From positions 1,120,064 through 1,152,063 of the forward strand of contig NZ_JHUX01000003.1 in assembly GCF_000619845.1 (NCBI RefSeq): 32,000 nucleotides of DNA, given 5' to 3'. Of the stretch, positions 17,720 through 27,391 are shown piece after piece. A model generated the notes under the pieces. The model was not told where the DNA came from and ran no database searches. It saw nothing but the letters and a program-made list of their open reading frames with translations. A program made the translations under genes and the position numbers. Every line of letters starts with the position of its first letter. Position 1 is the stretch's first letter. The DNA comes from Alkanindiges illinoisensis DSM 15370. Lineage in GTDB: Bacteria; Pseudomonadota; Gammaproteobacteria; Pseudomonadales; Moraxellaceae.

Positions 17720-20700
17720 TTAGTCAGCAGAGTCAATATTCTGCTCATCAGCTTCTACCTGATCTTGCCCAGTGATTAATTCTGCTTCACCGTGTTTATA
17801 AGCAGCAGACTCATCATTAGTCATGTCATCGGCAGTAGAATCATCAGCGCTTACATCATCAGCAGCAATATCTTCCACATCGTCGATATCATCCAGCGAC
17901 ACAACGCCCACCAGCACTTCATCCTCATCCACACGAATCAGGCGCACACCCTGGGCGTTACGGCCTGTGGTTGCAATTTCTGAAGCACGGGTACGCACCA
18001 GTGTACCGCCGTTGGAAATAAGTAATAGTTCATGATGCTCATCAATGGCAACAGCACCCACCAACTCACCATTTCGCTCGCTGGTTTTAATGGCAATTAC
18101 GCCCTTACCACCGCGCTTTTTGGTGGGGTAATCACCCACTGGGGTACGCTTACCATAGCCATTGGCACAGGCTGTCAGTACTTCGCCATTTTCTGGCACA
18201 ACAACCAGTGAAACAATGCGGGCACCCGTGCTATCACAGCTTCCCTCATTGTCTTCCTGTTCATCGCTATCAGGTAACTGATCCTGTTCCAGCTCCTGAT
18301 CCACTTCCTGAACACCGCCAATACGCATGCCACGCACACCCTTAGCGGTACGACCCATAACCCGTGCATCAGTTTCTGAGAAACGAATGGCCTTGCCCTC
18401 ATTGGAGAACAACATGATTTGCTGTTCACCATCGGTAATTGCAACACCAATTAAGGTGTCATCACCGTTAAGCTCAATGGCACGCAAGCCGTTTGAACGG
18501 ACGTTACTAAACTGTTCAAGCTCAACCCGCTTCACCGTACCGCACTGGGTGGCCATAAACACATAGTAGTTTTTAACAATGTTTTCCACCTGCGCTGCAA
18601 ATTGGGTCAGCACTGGCGAATAGCTTGTTTCACCTTCAACAGCTGGCGTACTTAACTGGTCATTCAACAAGGCATGCAAGGCTTTTAGCGGTTCTTTCAG
18701 TGTTTCAGGTAAGTCATCAACACTGTCTTCGCTCAAGCCTGAAAGTACAGCTTCAAGTTGTGGGAAATGATCAGCAATTAACGCCTCTGATTGTAATAGC
18801 GTACTTTTTGCCTTAACAAAGGCTTTAAAATTGACAAAACGCTCTTTAAATTTCTTGGGTATATCAATAACCGACAAAATGGCAGTGATAGTTTCATTGG
18901 CTTCCAGTGGCAATAAATTAACCATTGGACGGCCACGCGAACCACGTGATGCCTGCGGTACTTCATAAACTTTCAGGCTATATACCTTACCCACATTGGT
19001 AAAGCACAGCACAGTTGCATGGTTTGAAGTCACCACCAGATGCTGGATAAAATCATCTTCTTTCATACTGGTGGCAGATTTGCCACGGCCACCGCGACGC
19101 TGTGCTGCATAGTCAGACAGTGGCTGAGTCTTGGCATAGCCCGCTTTGGATACGGTCAGTACCACCTGCTCTTCAGGAATTAAGTCTTCACGTGAAAAAT
19201 CAACACGGGATTCAATAATTTCGGTACGACGGCCATCGCCATATTGCTCCAGAATAGCGCGCAACTCACCACGGATCACATCCATCAGCAATTCAAAGCT
19301 ATCCAGAATGGCTTGTAACTCAGCAATCTGTTGCAGAATTTCACTATATTCGCCTAGCAACTTGTCTTGCTCAAGACCAGTCAAGCGATGCAGGCGCAGT
19401 TCTAAAATGGCTGCAACCTGAGCAGGTGACAAACGATACTGCTGTTCAGTCAAACCAAATGGCTTACTTAAATCTTCACCTTCAATTTCATCAGGGCGGA
19501 TAGATTGATGACCTGATTTTTCCAGCAAAGCCAGAACACCACCCGCCTGCCACATGCCTGCCAGCAAGCGCTCCCGTGCTTCTCCCGGATTGGCTGAGGT
19601 CTTGATGGTATCAATAATGTCGTCAATATTAGCCAGCGCAACTGCCAGACCTTCCAGAATATGACCACGTTCACGTGCCTTGCGCAGTTCAAACATGGTA
19701 CGGCGGGTAACCACTTCCTGACGGTGGCGAACAAAGGCCGCAATCAGGTCTTTCAGGTTCATTAATTTAGGCTGGCCATTATCCAGACAAACCATGTTAA
19801 TGCTAAAAGAACTTTGTAGGGGGGTGTGCAGGAACAGGTTATTAACGATAATTTCTGCATTTTCATTGCGCTTTAGATCAATGGCAATACGCATGCCGTC
19901 CTTATCGGATTCATCACGCAGCTCGGAAATGCCTTCCAGCTTTTTCTCTTTCACCAGCTCGGCAATGCGCTCGATCACCCGTGCCTTATTGGCCTGATAA
20001 GGAATTTCAGTAAAGACAATGGTCGTGCGTCCGGTTTTCTCGTCTTCTTCAAAATGATACTTACCACGGATATGCAAACGCCCTTTACCAGTCCGGTAGG
20101 CATCCACAATGCCGGACTTACCGTAAATGATTCCGCCAGTGGGGAAATCAGGGCCGGTAATATGCTGCATCAGGCCTTCAATGCTAATATGGCTATCGTC
20201 CACATAGGCGAGACAGGCATTGATCACTTCAGTCAGGTTATGCGGTGCCATGTTGGTGGCCATACCCACTGCAATACCAGCAGCACCGTTGACCAGCAAA
20301 TTGGGAAACCGGGTGGGCATTACCTGAGGAATACGCTCAGAGCCGTCGTAGTTGTCTTCCCAGTCCACGGTATCTTTTTCAAGATCAGCCAGTAACTCAT
20401 GCGCCAGCCGGGTCATGCGCACTTCGGTATAACGCATGGCTGCCGCGCTATCACCATCCACCGAACCAAAGTTACCCTGACCATCCACCAGCAGATAACG
20501 CAGGCTAAAGTCCTGCGCCATACGAACAATGGTATCGTAAACGGCTGTATCACCATGCGGGTGATATTTACCGATAACATCACCCACCACACGCGCAGAT
20601 TTTTTATAGGCTTTGTTGTAATCGTTTCCCAGCTCATGCATGGCAAATAAAACACGGCGATGCACGGGTTTTAAACCATCCCGCACATCTGGCAGTGCCC

Positions 20701-20788
20701 GGGATACAATAACGCTCATGGCATAATCAAGATAAGAATGTTTGAGTTCATCCTCAATCGCAATCGGGAGAATTTCCGATACGCTCAT
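17720..20788 (-). CDS. gyrA: DNA gyrase subunit A, unusually long (about 1022 aa)
   Basis: [21 protein letters not shown], catalytic-Tyr region AAAMRYTE, and GyrA-box QRRGGRGKS. The ATG at 20788 lies 5 nt after AGGAG. The track start GTG 20794 would overlap the SD spacing. Confidence 0.95.
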   Translation of the reverse strand: MSVSEILPIAIEDELKHSYLDYAMSVIVSRALPDVRDGLKPVHRRVLFAMHELGNDYNKAYKKSARVVGDVIGKYHPHGDTAVYDTIVRMAQDFSLRYLLVDGQGNFGSVDGDSAAAMRYTEVRMTRLAHELLADLEKDTVDWEDNYDGSERIPQVMPTRFPNLLVNGAAGIAVGMATNMAPHNLTEVINACLAYVDDSHISIEGLMQHITGPDFPTGGIIYGKSGIVDAYRTGKGRLHIRGKYHFEEDEKTGRTTIVFTEIPYQANKARVIERIAELVKEKKLEGISELRDESDKDGMRIAIDLKRNENAEIIVNNLFLHTPLQSSFSINMVCLDNGQPKLMNLKDLIAAFVRHRQEVVTRRTMFELRKARERGHILEGLAVALANIDDIIDTIKTSANPGEARERLLAGMWQAGGVLALLEKSGHQSIRPDEIEGEDLSKPFGLTEQQYRLSPAQVAAILELRLHRLTGLEQDKLLGEYSEILQQIAELQAILDSFELLMDVIRGELRAILEQYGDGRRTEIIESRVDFSREDLIPEEQVVLTVSKAGYAKTQPLSDYAAQRRGGRGKSATSMKEDDFIQHLVVTSNHATVLCFTNVGKVYSLKVYEVPQASRGSRGRPMVNLLPLEANETITAILSVIDIPKKFKERFVNFKAFVKAKSTLLQSEALIADHFPQLEAVLSGLSEDSVDDLPETLKEPLKALHALLNDQLSTPAVEGETSYSPVLTQFAAQVENIVKNYYVFMATQCGTVKRVELEQFSNVRSNGLRAIELNGDDTLIGVAITDGEQQIMLFSNEGKAIRFSETDARVMGRTAKGVRGMRIGGVQEVDQELEQDQLPDSDEQEDNEGSCDSTGARIVSLVVVPENGEVLTACANGYGKRTPVGDYPTKKRGGKGVIAIKTSERNGELVGAVAIDEHHELLLISNGGTLVRTRASEIATTGRNAQGVRLIRVDEDEVLVGVVSLDDIDDVEDIAADDVSADDSTADDMTNDESAAYKHGEAELITGQDQVEADEQNIDSAD

Positions 20789-21121
20789 GCCCACTCCTTT
20801 ACTGGCTTTTCGCCTATTTAGAATACAGATCAGAAACTTACTGCTTGAAAATCACTAGATTAACGCAGTAAAAACTTTGAAATAAAAGTTAAAGGATTTT
20901 AACATAACTGGTCAATATTATCTAAATTTTATTACATGGCGCTTAATTATTTTAACATTAAATTCAATAACTTAAATGCATAAATTTATAAGTTGTATTT
21001 TTAATACAAAACTCGGTTTTTACATAAAAATTTGAGTTTTTATAGCAAGATAAATTTTGGCTTAATTTGAGCAAAATGCCAAAATTTTTAAGCTTGTTTC
21101 ACCATTAATTTTTACGATTTT

Positions 21122-21176
21122 AAAAAAACAGGCCAACAGCGATAGGTTTTAAATAACTCATACCGCTATTGACCTG
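21122..21176 (-). terminator. intrinsic terminator after the flotillin gene
   Basis: Minus strand: caggtcaatagcg pairs with cgctgttggcctg (13 bp including 2 G-U; plus 21164-21176 and 21129-21141). The loop is 22 nt and TTTTTTT follows. Confidence 0.6.
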
Positions 21177-21188
21177 CTCGAGCAATTT

Positions 21189-22904
21189 TTATAAATCTGA
21201 AGATTTTTCTACAGGTTTTACTGAGGATACCGCTGGAATCATGGCCGCCAGCGACTCTGAAATACCAGTGATCCCTTCATTATTCAAGCCTGCATCTTTC
21301 ATCACAGCATCAATAATTGGTTTGGCAATCTGGTATTGTAAGGCAGAATTAACCACCTGTTCCGGGAAGGTTCCACCCTTGCCAGCACCTGCTCCCTCTG
21401 CACCAGCCATATTGCCATTATTGTCCTGACCCAGACCGTTTACCTGAAAAATCCGGATAGAATCAATTTTTTCCATGGGCTTGACTGCCTGCTCAATAAT
21501 TTGCGGCAATTGCTCAAGCAGCTTGGTACGAACCTGCAAATCCACTTGCGCCACAGACAATGTATTTAATGCTTCATTCAAGGCACGGCGACCTTCTGCT
21601 TCGGCCATTGCCGCAGCTTGACGCGCAGCAGCTTCCACCCGGATGGCTTCTGCCCGGTCAATCGAAGCATCTTTTTCGGCAGCAGCAGCGACTTTTACCG
21701 CAATTGCATTTTGCTGTGCCTGTTTTTCAGCTTCAATTAATTCAATGGATTTTTGACGCTCGGCAATTGCTACTTCACGCGCGGTAGTAACATCCTCTTC
21801 AGACTTAACGGCTTCTGCGCGGGCAGTGTTGGCTTCTGCATCAGCTTCAGACTGCTCACGCGATTTGTTGGCAATGGCAATCTGGGTATCCTGCTTGGCA
21901 ATTTCAATTTGCTTACGCTGCTCGGCACGTTGTACTTCGGTCTGGCGGTCACTTTCAATAGTAAGGGTCTGAATGGCCAGATTCTTTTCAATTTCAGTGG
22001 CCTTGATTTCCCGTTCAGCCACAATACGCTTTTCACTCACCTGACGCGCGGCTTCAATTTGTACTGATTCAGCTTCGCGTGAACGTTCGGCTTGTTGCTT
22101 GGCAATTTGTGCGGACTGCTCTGCCCGTGCTGTTTCAATTTCCTGCTGCTGGGCCAGTGTTGCAAACTCCTGCTCTTTTTCGATTAACAGCTTTTGACGA
22201 GAAGCTTCAAGGTTTTTGCTACGCACCTGAACTTCAGTGTCCTGTTCAACATCGTTACGCTGCTTGCGGCGTGATTCAGTTTGCTCAGTTAAGCGGGTTA
22301 AACCTTCAGCATCAAAGGCATTATCCGGATTAAAAAAGCGTTTATCCGTTTGATCCAGACTGGTGAGCGATACGGATTCCAGTTCAAGACCATTTTTTTC
22401 CAGATCCTCAGCTACTGCATTTTGCACGGCCAGCACAAAGTCACGGCGCATGTCCTGCAATTCCTGAATACTCATGGTGGCAGCCGTAGCGCGCAGGGAA
22501 TCAACAAATTTGTCTTCAACCAGCACTTTTAGCTCGTTTGGATTCAGTGTGCGTGCACCCAGCGTTTGTGCTGCAGTACTCACTGCTTCCACGGTTTGCT
22601 TAACCCGTACGAAAAACGCAGCGGTCACATCAACCCGCATCCGGTCACGGGTAATCAGACTTTCTTTTTCACGGCGCATTACTTCCAGTTTGAGCGTGTT
22701 CATGTTCACCATGACCAGCTCATGAAAAACAGGCAGTACCAGCGCCCCGCCATCCATAATGACTTTTTGACCACCCAGGCCGGTGCGTACAAACGCCATT
22801 TCCTTACTGGCACGTTTATACAGGCGCGCCAGAATCAGGCCAAATACAATAATGGCAATCAGTACAATTGCCCCCAAAATACCGATTTCAAATAAATTCT
22901 GCAT
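21189..22904 (-). CDS. yqiK: flotillin-family SPFH/Band-7 protein, YqiK-like
   Basis: N-terminal TM helix, then ARLYKRASKEMAFVRTGLGGQKVIMDGGALVLPVFHE...MNTLKLEV, collinear with my recollection of E. coli YqiK. A long Glu/Ala/Gln coiled coil and a C-terminal LEQLPQIIEQAVKPMEKIDSIRI region follow. Confidence 0.88.
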   Translation of the reverse strand: MQNLFEIGILGAIVLIAIIVFGLILARLYKRASKEMAFVRTGLGGQKVIMDGGALVLPVFHELVMVNMNTLKLEVMRREKESLITRDRMRVDVTAAFFVRVKQTVEAVSTAAQTLGARTLNPNELKVLVEDKFVDSLRATAATMSIQELQDMRRDFVLAVQNAVAEDLEKNGLELESVSLTSLDQTDKRFFNPDNAFDAEGLTRLTEQTESRRKQRNDVEQDTEVQVRSKNLEASRQKLLIEKEQEFATLAQQQEIETARAEQSAQIAKQQAERSREAESVQIEAARQVSEKRIVAEREIKATEIEKNLAIQTLTIESDRQTEVQRAEQRKQIEIAKQDTQIAIANKSREQSEADAEANTARAEAVKSEEDVTTAREVAIAERQKSIELIEAEKQAQQNAIAVKVAAAAEKDASIDRAEAIRVEAAARQAAAMAEAEGRRALNEALNTLSVAQVDLQVRTKLLEQLPQIIEQAVKPMEKIDSIRIFQVNGLGQDNNGNMAGAEGAGAGKGGTFPEQVVNSALQYQIAKPIIDAVMKDAGLNNEGITGISESLAAMIPAVSSVKPVEKSSDL

Positions 22905-22971
22905 TATTACCCCAAAGCTGTTTTAAAGTTATCTTGAATTAAATCTGTAAAAACCCATGACAAAAAACTTG

Positions 22972-23598
22972 TCAGATTAAAGTAGGGTGTGGATTTTCTA
23001 TCACCCGGTACACTGACCCCATTTTTTTTATTAAAAGAACCTGCATTCCATCTTTTAATTGCAGCTCATCAAGGTCAGGTTCTACTAAAATAAAATATGA
23101 ACGGCCATCGTTATCCCGTAAGCGTGCCTGTGCCGCCAGTCCTTTTTGTGTAGATACGGCTGTGACCAGTGCAACACGGCCAACGAATTCAGCTTCACTG
23201 ATCGCTGAGCTTTCATCACGTGGCACAATATAGGCCAGCCATTTGCCTCCTACTCTTACACTAGCAATTGCCGCCATAAAAGCTGGGATTGACACCAATA
23301 TTGCTGGCAAATACGTCATGATCAGGTTACGTGACAGAATTTGTATGGCATAACCTGCGACGGAGAAACTGGCCAGAAACAAAATGAGCAGAATCAGGGT
23401 TGGCACCTTACCCACATGCAGCCAGCCCAGCACACCTTCTAATCCGCCATCAATAGCAGGTTCAGGCAAAAAATGATCAATCCAGTCGCTTGGACTTAAG
23501 GCTGTCATCAAGCCAATAATTTCTAGTGCAGTCAGGCCCAGCATGACCAGAAGTGCAACACCAAAGGGAATCGTTTCAGTAGCAAGAAATAAACTCAT
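22972..23598 (-). CDS. yqiJ: YqiJ-like (DUF1449, NfeD-like) inner-membrane protein
   Basis: Four TM segments plus a C-terminal soluble domain. VPRDESSAISEAEFVGRVALVT, YFILVEPD and ENPHPTLI parallel E. coli YqiJ. The start overlaps the upstream stop (ATGA). Confidence 0.8.
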   Translation of the reverse strand: MSLFLATETIPFGVALLVMLGLTALEIIGLMTALSPSDWIDHFLPEPAIDGGLEGVLGWLHVGKVPTLILLILFLASFSVAGYAIQILSRNLIMTYLPAILVSIPAFMAAIASVRVGGKWLAYIVPRDESSAISEAEFVGRVALVTAVSTQKGLAAQARLRDNDGRSYFILVEPDLDELQLKDGMQVLLIKKMGSVYRVIENPHPTLI

Positions 23599-24269
23599 GA
23601 CTGGTTATTGGCTTTAAGACGAGCCAGCCGTTCTTCAATCTGGTTTTGATGCATCATGTCTTCCAGCTCTTTAAGCTGTGCAGCTTGTTGCAATGTTGCT
23701 CCGGCTGCGGCTGGTGATAAACCAGTCTGACGCTCATAAATCTTGTCAAAGGCATTGGTGGCTTGGTCTAGACGCTGTTCTTTGGTTGAACCAGGCTTAC
23801 CTGTTCCACCAACCTGACTTGCTGCCTGTCGGGACTTGCGAAACTCGTTCAGGGCTTCTGTCATTTCACGGCGCTTGGCCATTAACGCATTGATATAGCC
23901 TTTAAGCTCAGTTTCCTTATCATTCAAACTGGCCAGCGACTGCTCTAGCACGGGCAATTGCGCTTCAATATCCAGCTGACGCGCCACTGCTACACGCGCC
24001 AGATCATCACGCGAAGCATTAATGGCAGTGTTAATTTGCAAGGATAAATTATTATGCTGACTGGTCTGGGTAGAATGTTGCTGCTGTACCAAATGGCGGT
24101 TGGCACTGACCGTACCCAGTTCATGCTGAACTTCAGCAATGATTTTATCAACTTCCCTTAAAGCCTGTTCCATCACAGCATCAGGCGCCAGATTTTCGAT
24201 TTTATCCATTAAGGCATGGGCGCTTCCTGCAACAACCCGTCCTACCCGATCACTTAAACTATCAACCAT
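23595..24269 (-). CDS. PspA/IM30-family (ESCRT-III-like) protein
   Basis: Coiled-coil protein of 224 aa. The N-terminal [38 protein letters not shown] aligns with PspA [48 protein letters not shown] matches REDLARAALIEKQ, and the C-terminal [10 protein letters not shown] matches ISEQLAQLKA. AAGGAG upstream. Confidence 0.8.
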   Translation of the reverse strand: [224 protein letters not shown]

Positions 24270-24443
24270 TTTTTACTCCTTATTATAACTTTCATCACTT
24301 TTGTCAAAGAAATCATATAAGGTTTTAAAAGTCTTCACAATGAAAACTGATATTTATAAAAGGCTTTAAAGAGCATTAAATTTTCTCGATCAAAACCACA
24401 CTTTTAAAAGATGTCGATTATTTAAAAATAAAAAACAGGCTAT

Positions 24444-24474
24444 AAAAAAACGCCCCTAATCAGGAGCGTTTTTT
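24444..24474 (-). terminator. intrinsic terminator after etfA (insulates the pspA-like operon)
   Basis: aaaaaaa-cgcccct-aatc-aggagcg-tttttt (one mismatch). It has a U-tract in both orientations. Confidence 0.6.
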
Positions 24475-24496
24475 CATTCAGGATTAAATCCTAAAA

Positions 24497-25429
24497 TTAC
24501 AGCTTGCTAACCAGTTCTGGAATAACGGTGTTCAAATCACCCACTAACCAGTAGTCAGCAATGGCATTGATTGGCGCTTCTTCGTCCTTGTTGATGGCAA
24601 CAATAACTTTAGAATCTTTCATACCAGCCAAATGCTGGATGGCACCAGAAATACCTACAGCCAGATACAGGCTTGGCGCAACGATTTTACCAGTTTGACC
24701 GACTTGCAGGTCGTTTGGTACGAAACCGGCATCAACCGCAGCACGGGAAGCACCCAGTGCAGCACCCAGCTTGTCAGCCAGAGGCTCAAGGATCTTGTAA
24801 TAGTTCTCGCCAGAACCTACACCACGGCCACCAGATACAACAATCTTGGCAGAGGTCAGTTCAGGACGGTCAGACTTGGCCAGTTCTTCGCCAACAAAGC
24901 TGGAAACGCCAGCATCTTCAACGGTGCCAACAGCTTCAATAGCAGCAGAACCACCCTCGGCAGCAGCAGCATCAAAACCAGTACCACGTACAGTGATTAC
25001 CTTGATGGACTCGGAAGATTGAACAGTGGCAATAGCATTACCGGCATAGATTGGGCGCTTGAAAGTATCAGGGCTATCTACAGCAATAATTTCAGAAACC
25101 ATGCTCACGTCCAGCAGCGCAGCAACACGTGGCAGAACGTTTTTGCCAGTCGTAGTTGCAGGTGCCAGAATGTGGCTATAGTTTTTGCCAAGGTCAGCAA
25201 TCAGTTTGGCAACATTTTCAGCCAGCTGGTGACCATAGGCAGCGTTGTCAGCCAGTAATACTTTGCTTACACCAGCAATCTTGGCAGCAGCATCGGCAGC
25301 AGCCTGTGCATTTTGACCAGCAACCAATACATGAATGTCACCGCCAATCTTTTGCGCAGCAGTCACGGTATTTAAAGTTGCAGACAGAATAGAATTGTTG
25401 TCGTGTTCGGCGTAAACCAGAATACTCAT
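24497..25429 (-). CDS. etfA: electron transfer flavoprotein subunit alpha
   Basis: [11 protein letters not shown]..., VVSGGRG, and the FAD-binding [10 protein letters not shown]...[29 protein letters not shown]. Confidence 0.93.
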   Translation of the reverse strand: MSILVYAEHDNNSILSATLNTVTAAQKIGGDIHVLVAGQNAQAAADAAAKIAGVSKVLLADNAAYGHQLAENVAKLIADLGKNYSHILAPATTTGKNVLPRVAALLDVSMVSEIIAVDSPDTFKRPIYAGNAIATVQSSESIKVITVRGTGFDAAAAEGGSAAIEAVGTVEDAGVSSFVGEELAKSDRPELTSAKIVVSGGRGVGSGENYYKILEPLADKLGAALGASRAAVDAGFVPNDLQVGQTGKIVAPSLYLAVGISGAIQHLAGMKDSKVIVAINKDEEAPINAIADYWLVGDLNTVIPELVSKL

Positions 25430-25451
25430 CGTTTGAATTCCTTACCGAAAA

Positions 25452-26201
25452 TTAAATTACTTTAGCTTCGTTTCTGAGCTTTTCAACCAGCTCATCAACA
25501 GATTTAACCTGAACACCGGCTTTACGGTCAGCAGGCGCTTCAACCAGAATGGTTTTTAGCTTGGTGCCGGTTGCTACGCCATAGTCGCTAGGAGATTTGG
25601 TATCCAGCGGCTTTTTACGCGCTTTCATGATGTTTGGCAGTGCAGCGTAACGTGGCTCGTTCAAGCGCAGGTCGGTGGTGATAATTGCTGGCAGTGCCAG
25701 TTCAACAGTTTGCAAACCACCGTCAACTTCACGGGTAACCTGTACCTTGCCGCCTTCAACTTTAACTTCAGAGGCAAATGTACCCTGACCCGCACCCATC
25801 AGTGCAGCCAGCATTTGACCTACCTGATTGCTGTCGTCATCAATGGCTTGTTTACCCAGCAGGATAACTTCCGGCTTTTCCTGATCAACAATACCTTTCA
25901 GGATTTTGGCAACTTCCAGAGCACCAACTTCATCATCAGTCTGAACCAAGATACCGCGGTCAGCACCCAATGCCAGTGCAGAGCGAATTTGTTCTTGAGC
26001 AGCTTGTGGGCCTACAGAAACCACCACAATCTCAGTAACCGCACCCTTTTCTTTTAAACGTACTGCTTCTTCAACAGCAATTTCACAAAATGGGTTAATA
26101 GACATTTTGACGTTGGTTAAATCAACACCAGTCTTGTCCGCTTTTACGCGAACTTTGACGTTGGCATCGACAACGCGTTTAACAGCAACAAGAGCCTTCA
26201 T
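25452..26201 (-). CDS. etfB: electron transfer flavoprotein subunit beta
   Basis: [12 protein letters not shown]...[14 protein letters not shown]...[19 protein letters not shown]...[14 protein letters not shown]-like motifs. It lies 22 nt upstream of etfA. Confidence 0.93.
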   Translation of the reverse strand: MKALVAVKRVVDANVKVRVKADKTGVDLTNVKMSINPFCEIAVEEAVRLKEKGAVTEIVVVSVGPQAAQEQIRSALALGADRGILVQTDDEVGALEVAKILKGIVDQEKPEVILLGKQAIDDDSNQVGQMLAALMGAGQGTFASEVKVEGGKVQVTREVDGGLQTVELALPAIITTDLRLNEPRYAALPNIMKARKKPLDTKSPSDYGVATGTKLKTILVEAPADRKAGVQVKSVDELVEKLRNEAKVI

Positions 26202-26527
26202 GGAATCCTCGGCTTTTTAGCTAATCAATGAAACGGAAGTGTCAAAACACCCCGATGTGGAAATGGTGCGTTATCTTGCTATGTGAGCGTAAACAGGTCA
26301 AGTCAGAAAACCCAATAGACTAAAAAAAACCAGCAATTAACAGAGCTTTTTGCACAAAATGACACAAAACCCGTGTCCCTGATGGCTTTAGGTCTTTAGT
26401 TAATCTGAGCAGTTGAATTTATACAAATTGCAGCAGAAGTTTATTGACAATATCAATTGTCTAATTTAGTTTACATTCAATACTGCATTACTGCCCTCAT
26501 TCTACCTATAAAACGAGGAATGCCATC

Positions 26528-27391
26528 ATGACCAGTAGCAATGTCCCTGCCAGCACACGCGGCACTTCAAGCATTCAGGTGCGCCGCCAGTCTTTTGATT
26601 TTGCGACCACCCCAAAATATTACTTTGATAATAATCCGTTACTCTCCTACCTACTGACGGCGTTGTCACTCACCTTTCCGCATGGTGAGCGATTCTTTGT
26701 GCATAGCGTGCGGAATGTACGTGACCAGATTAAAAATGATACGCTGCAAAAGGATGTGTCTGCCTTTATTGGTCAGGAAGCCATGCATAGCCATGCGCAT
26801 GAAGATTTCAATCGTTTTGTTGAAGGACTGGGCCTTGATATTCAGCCTATCCTGCAAAGTGAATACGAAAAAATTGAATATGCCAAAAGCAAACTGAATC
26901 ATAAGCAGCAATTGGCTGTTACCTGTGCGCTAGAGCATTTTACGGCCATTATTGCGCAGTACCTGTTAGAGCATCCGGATTTTCACCGTCAGCTAAACCC
27001 ACGGGTTGCCAAGCTATGGATGTGGCATGCGCTGGAAGAAACGGAACATAAGGCGGTGGCATTTGATGTGTATCAGGAAATTTTTGCGGATCAGGCAACG
27101 CGCAAGCGAATCATGCGGATTATCACCACAACGTTCCTGTCCCGCATTAGCTATCTCACCTTCAAGCTATTGCTGAATGATCCGGTTGGCCGCAAACAGT
27201 GGCGTCAGCACATTACTGCCTTTAAGCAGTTGAAAGATGTGTTCACCACGCTAGTGCCTGCGTATCTGGATTATTATCAGGACAACTTTCACCCCAATCA
27301 GCATGACAGTACACAAATTACTGCCCAGTGGCGTAAGCAGTTATTTGATCAGGAAATTAATAAAGAAGTGGCAAGCGCTGCCATTCATTGA
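26528..27391 (+). CDS. predicted metal-dependent hydrolase (PF10118/COG3687-like)
   Basis: The pattern FP.GERFFV.SVR...FIGQEAMHSHAHEDFN...WHALEETEHKAVAFDVY is as I recall for this family. Confidence 0.7.
   Translation: MTSSNVPASTRGTSSIQVRRQSFDFATTPKYYFDNNPLLSYLLTALSLTFPHGERFFVHSVRNVRDQIKNDTLQKDVSAFIGQEAMHSHAHEDFNRFVEGLGLDIQPILQSEYEKIEYAKSKLNHKQQLAVTCALEHFTAIIAQYLLEHPDFHRQLNPRVAKLWMWHALEETEHKAVAFDVYQEIFADQATRKRIMRIITTTFLSRISYLTFKLLLNDPVGRKQWRQHITAFKQLKDVFTTLVPAYLDYYQDNFHPNQHDSTQITAQWRKQLFDQEINKEVASAAIH

Noticed and set aside
18569-18868. Possibility that the GyrA insertion is an intein or mobile insertion
   Set aside because: There is no Cys/Ser/Thr at the N-terminal junction with a His-Asn plus Cys/Ser/Thr C-terminal junction, and no endonuclease motifs. 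The size (about 100 aa) is too small, and the composition matches the host gene.
21560-22895. Multiple 75-109 aa ORFs on both strands within the flotillin gene
   Set aside because: These are artefacts of the repetitive Glu/Ala/Gln-encoding coiled-coil region, which is codon-biased and stop-poor in other frames.
24282-24307. Perfect TTGACA and TATAAT hexamers (minus strand) upstream of the PspA-like gene
   Set aside because: The spacer is only 14 nt, and the -10 lies about 6 nt from the SD, so transcription would start inside or after the ribosome-binding site.
24632-25258. 208-aa plus-strand ORF antisense to etfA, and a 115-aa ORF antisense to etfB (25710-26057)
   Set aside because: These are shadow ORFs within highly conserved etf genes, and the translated sequences are low-complexity.
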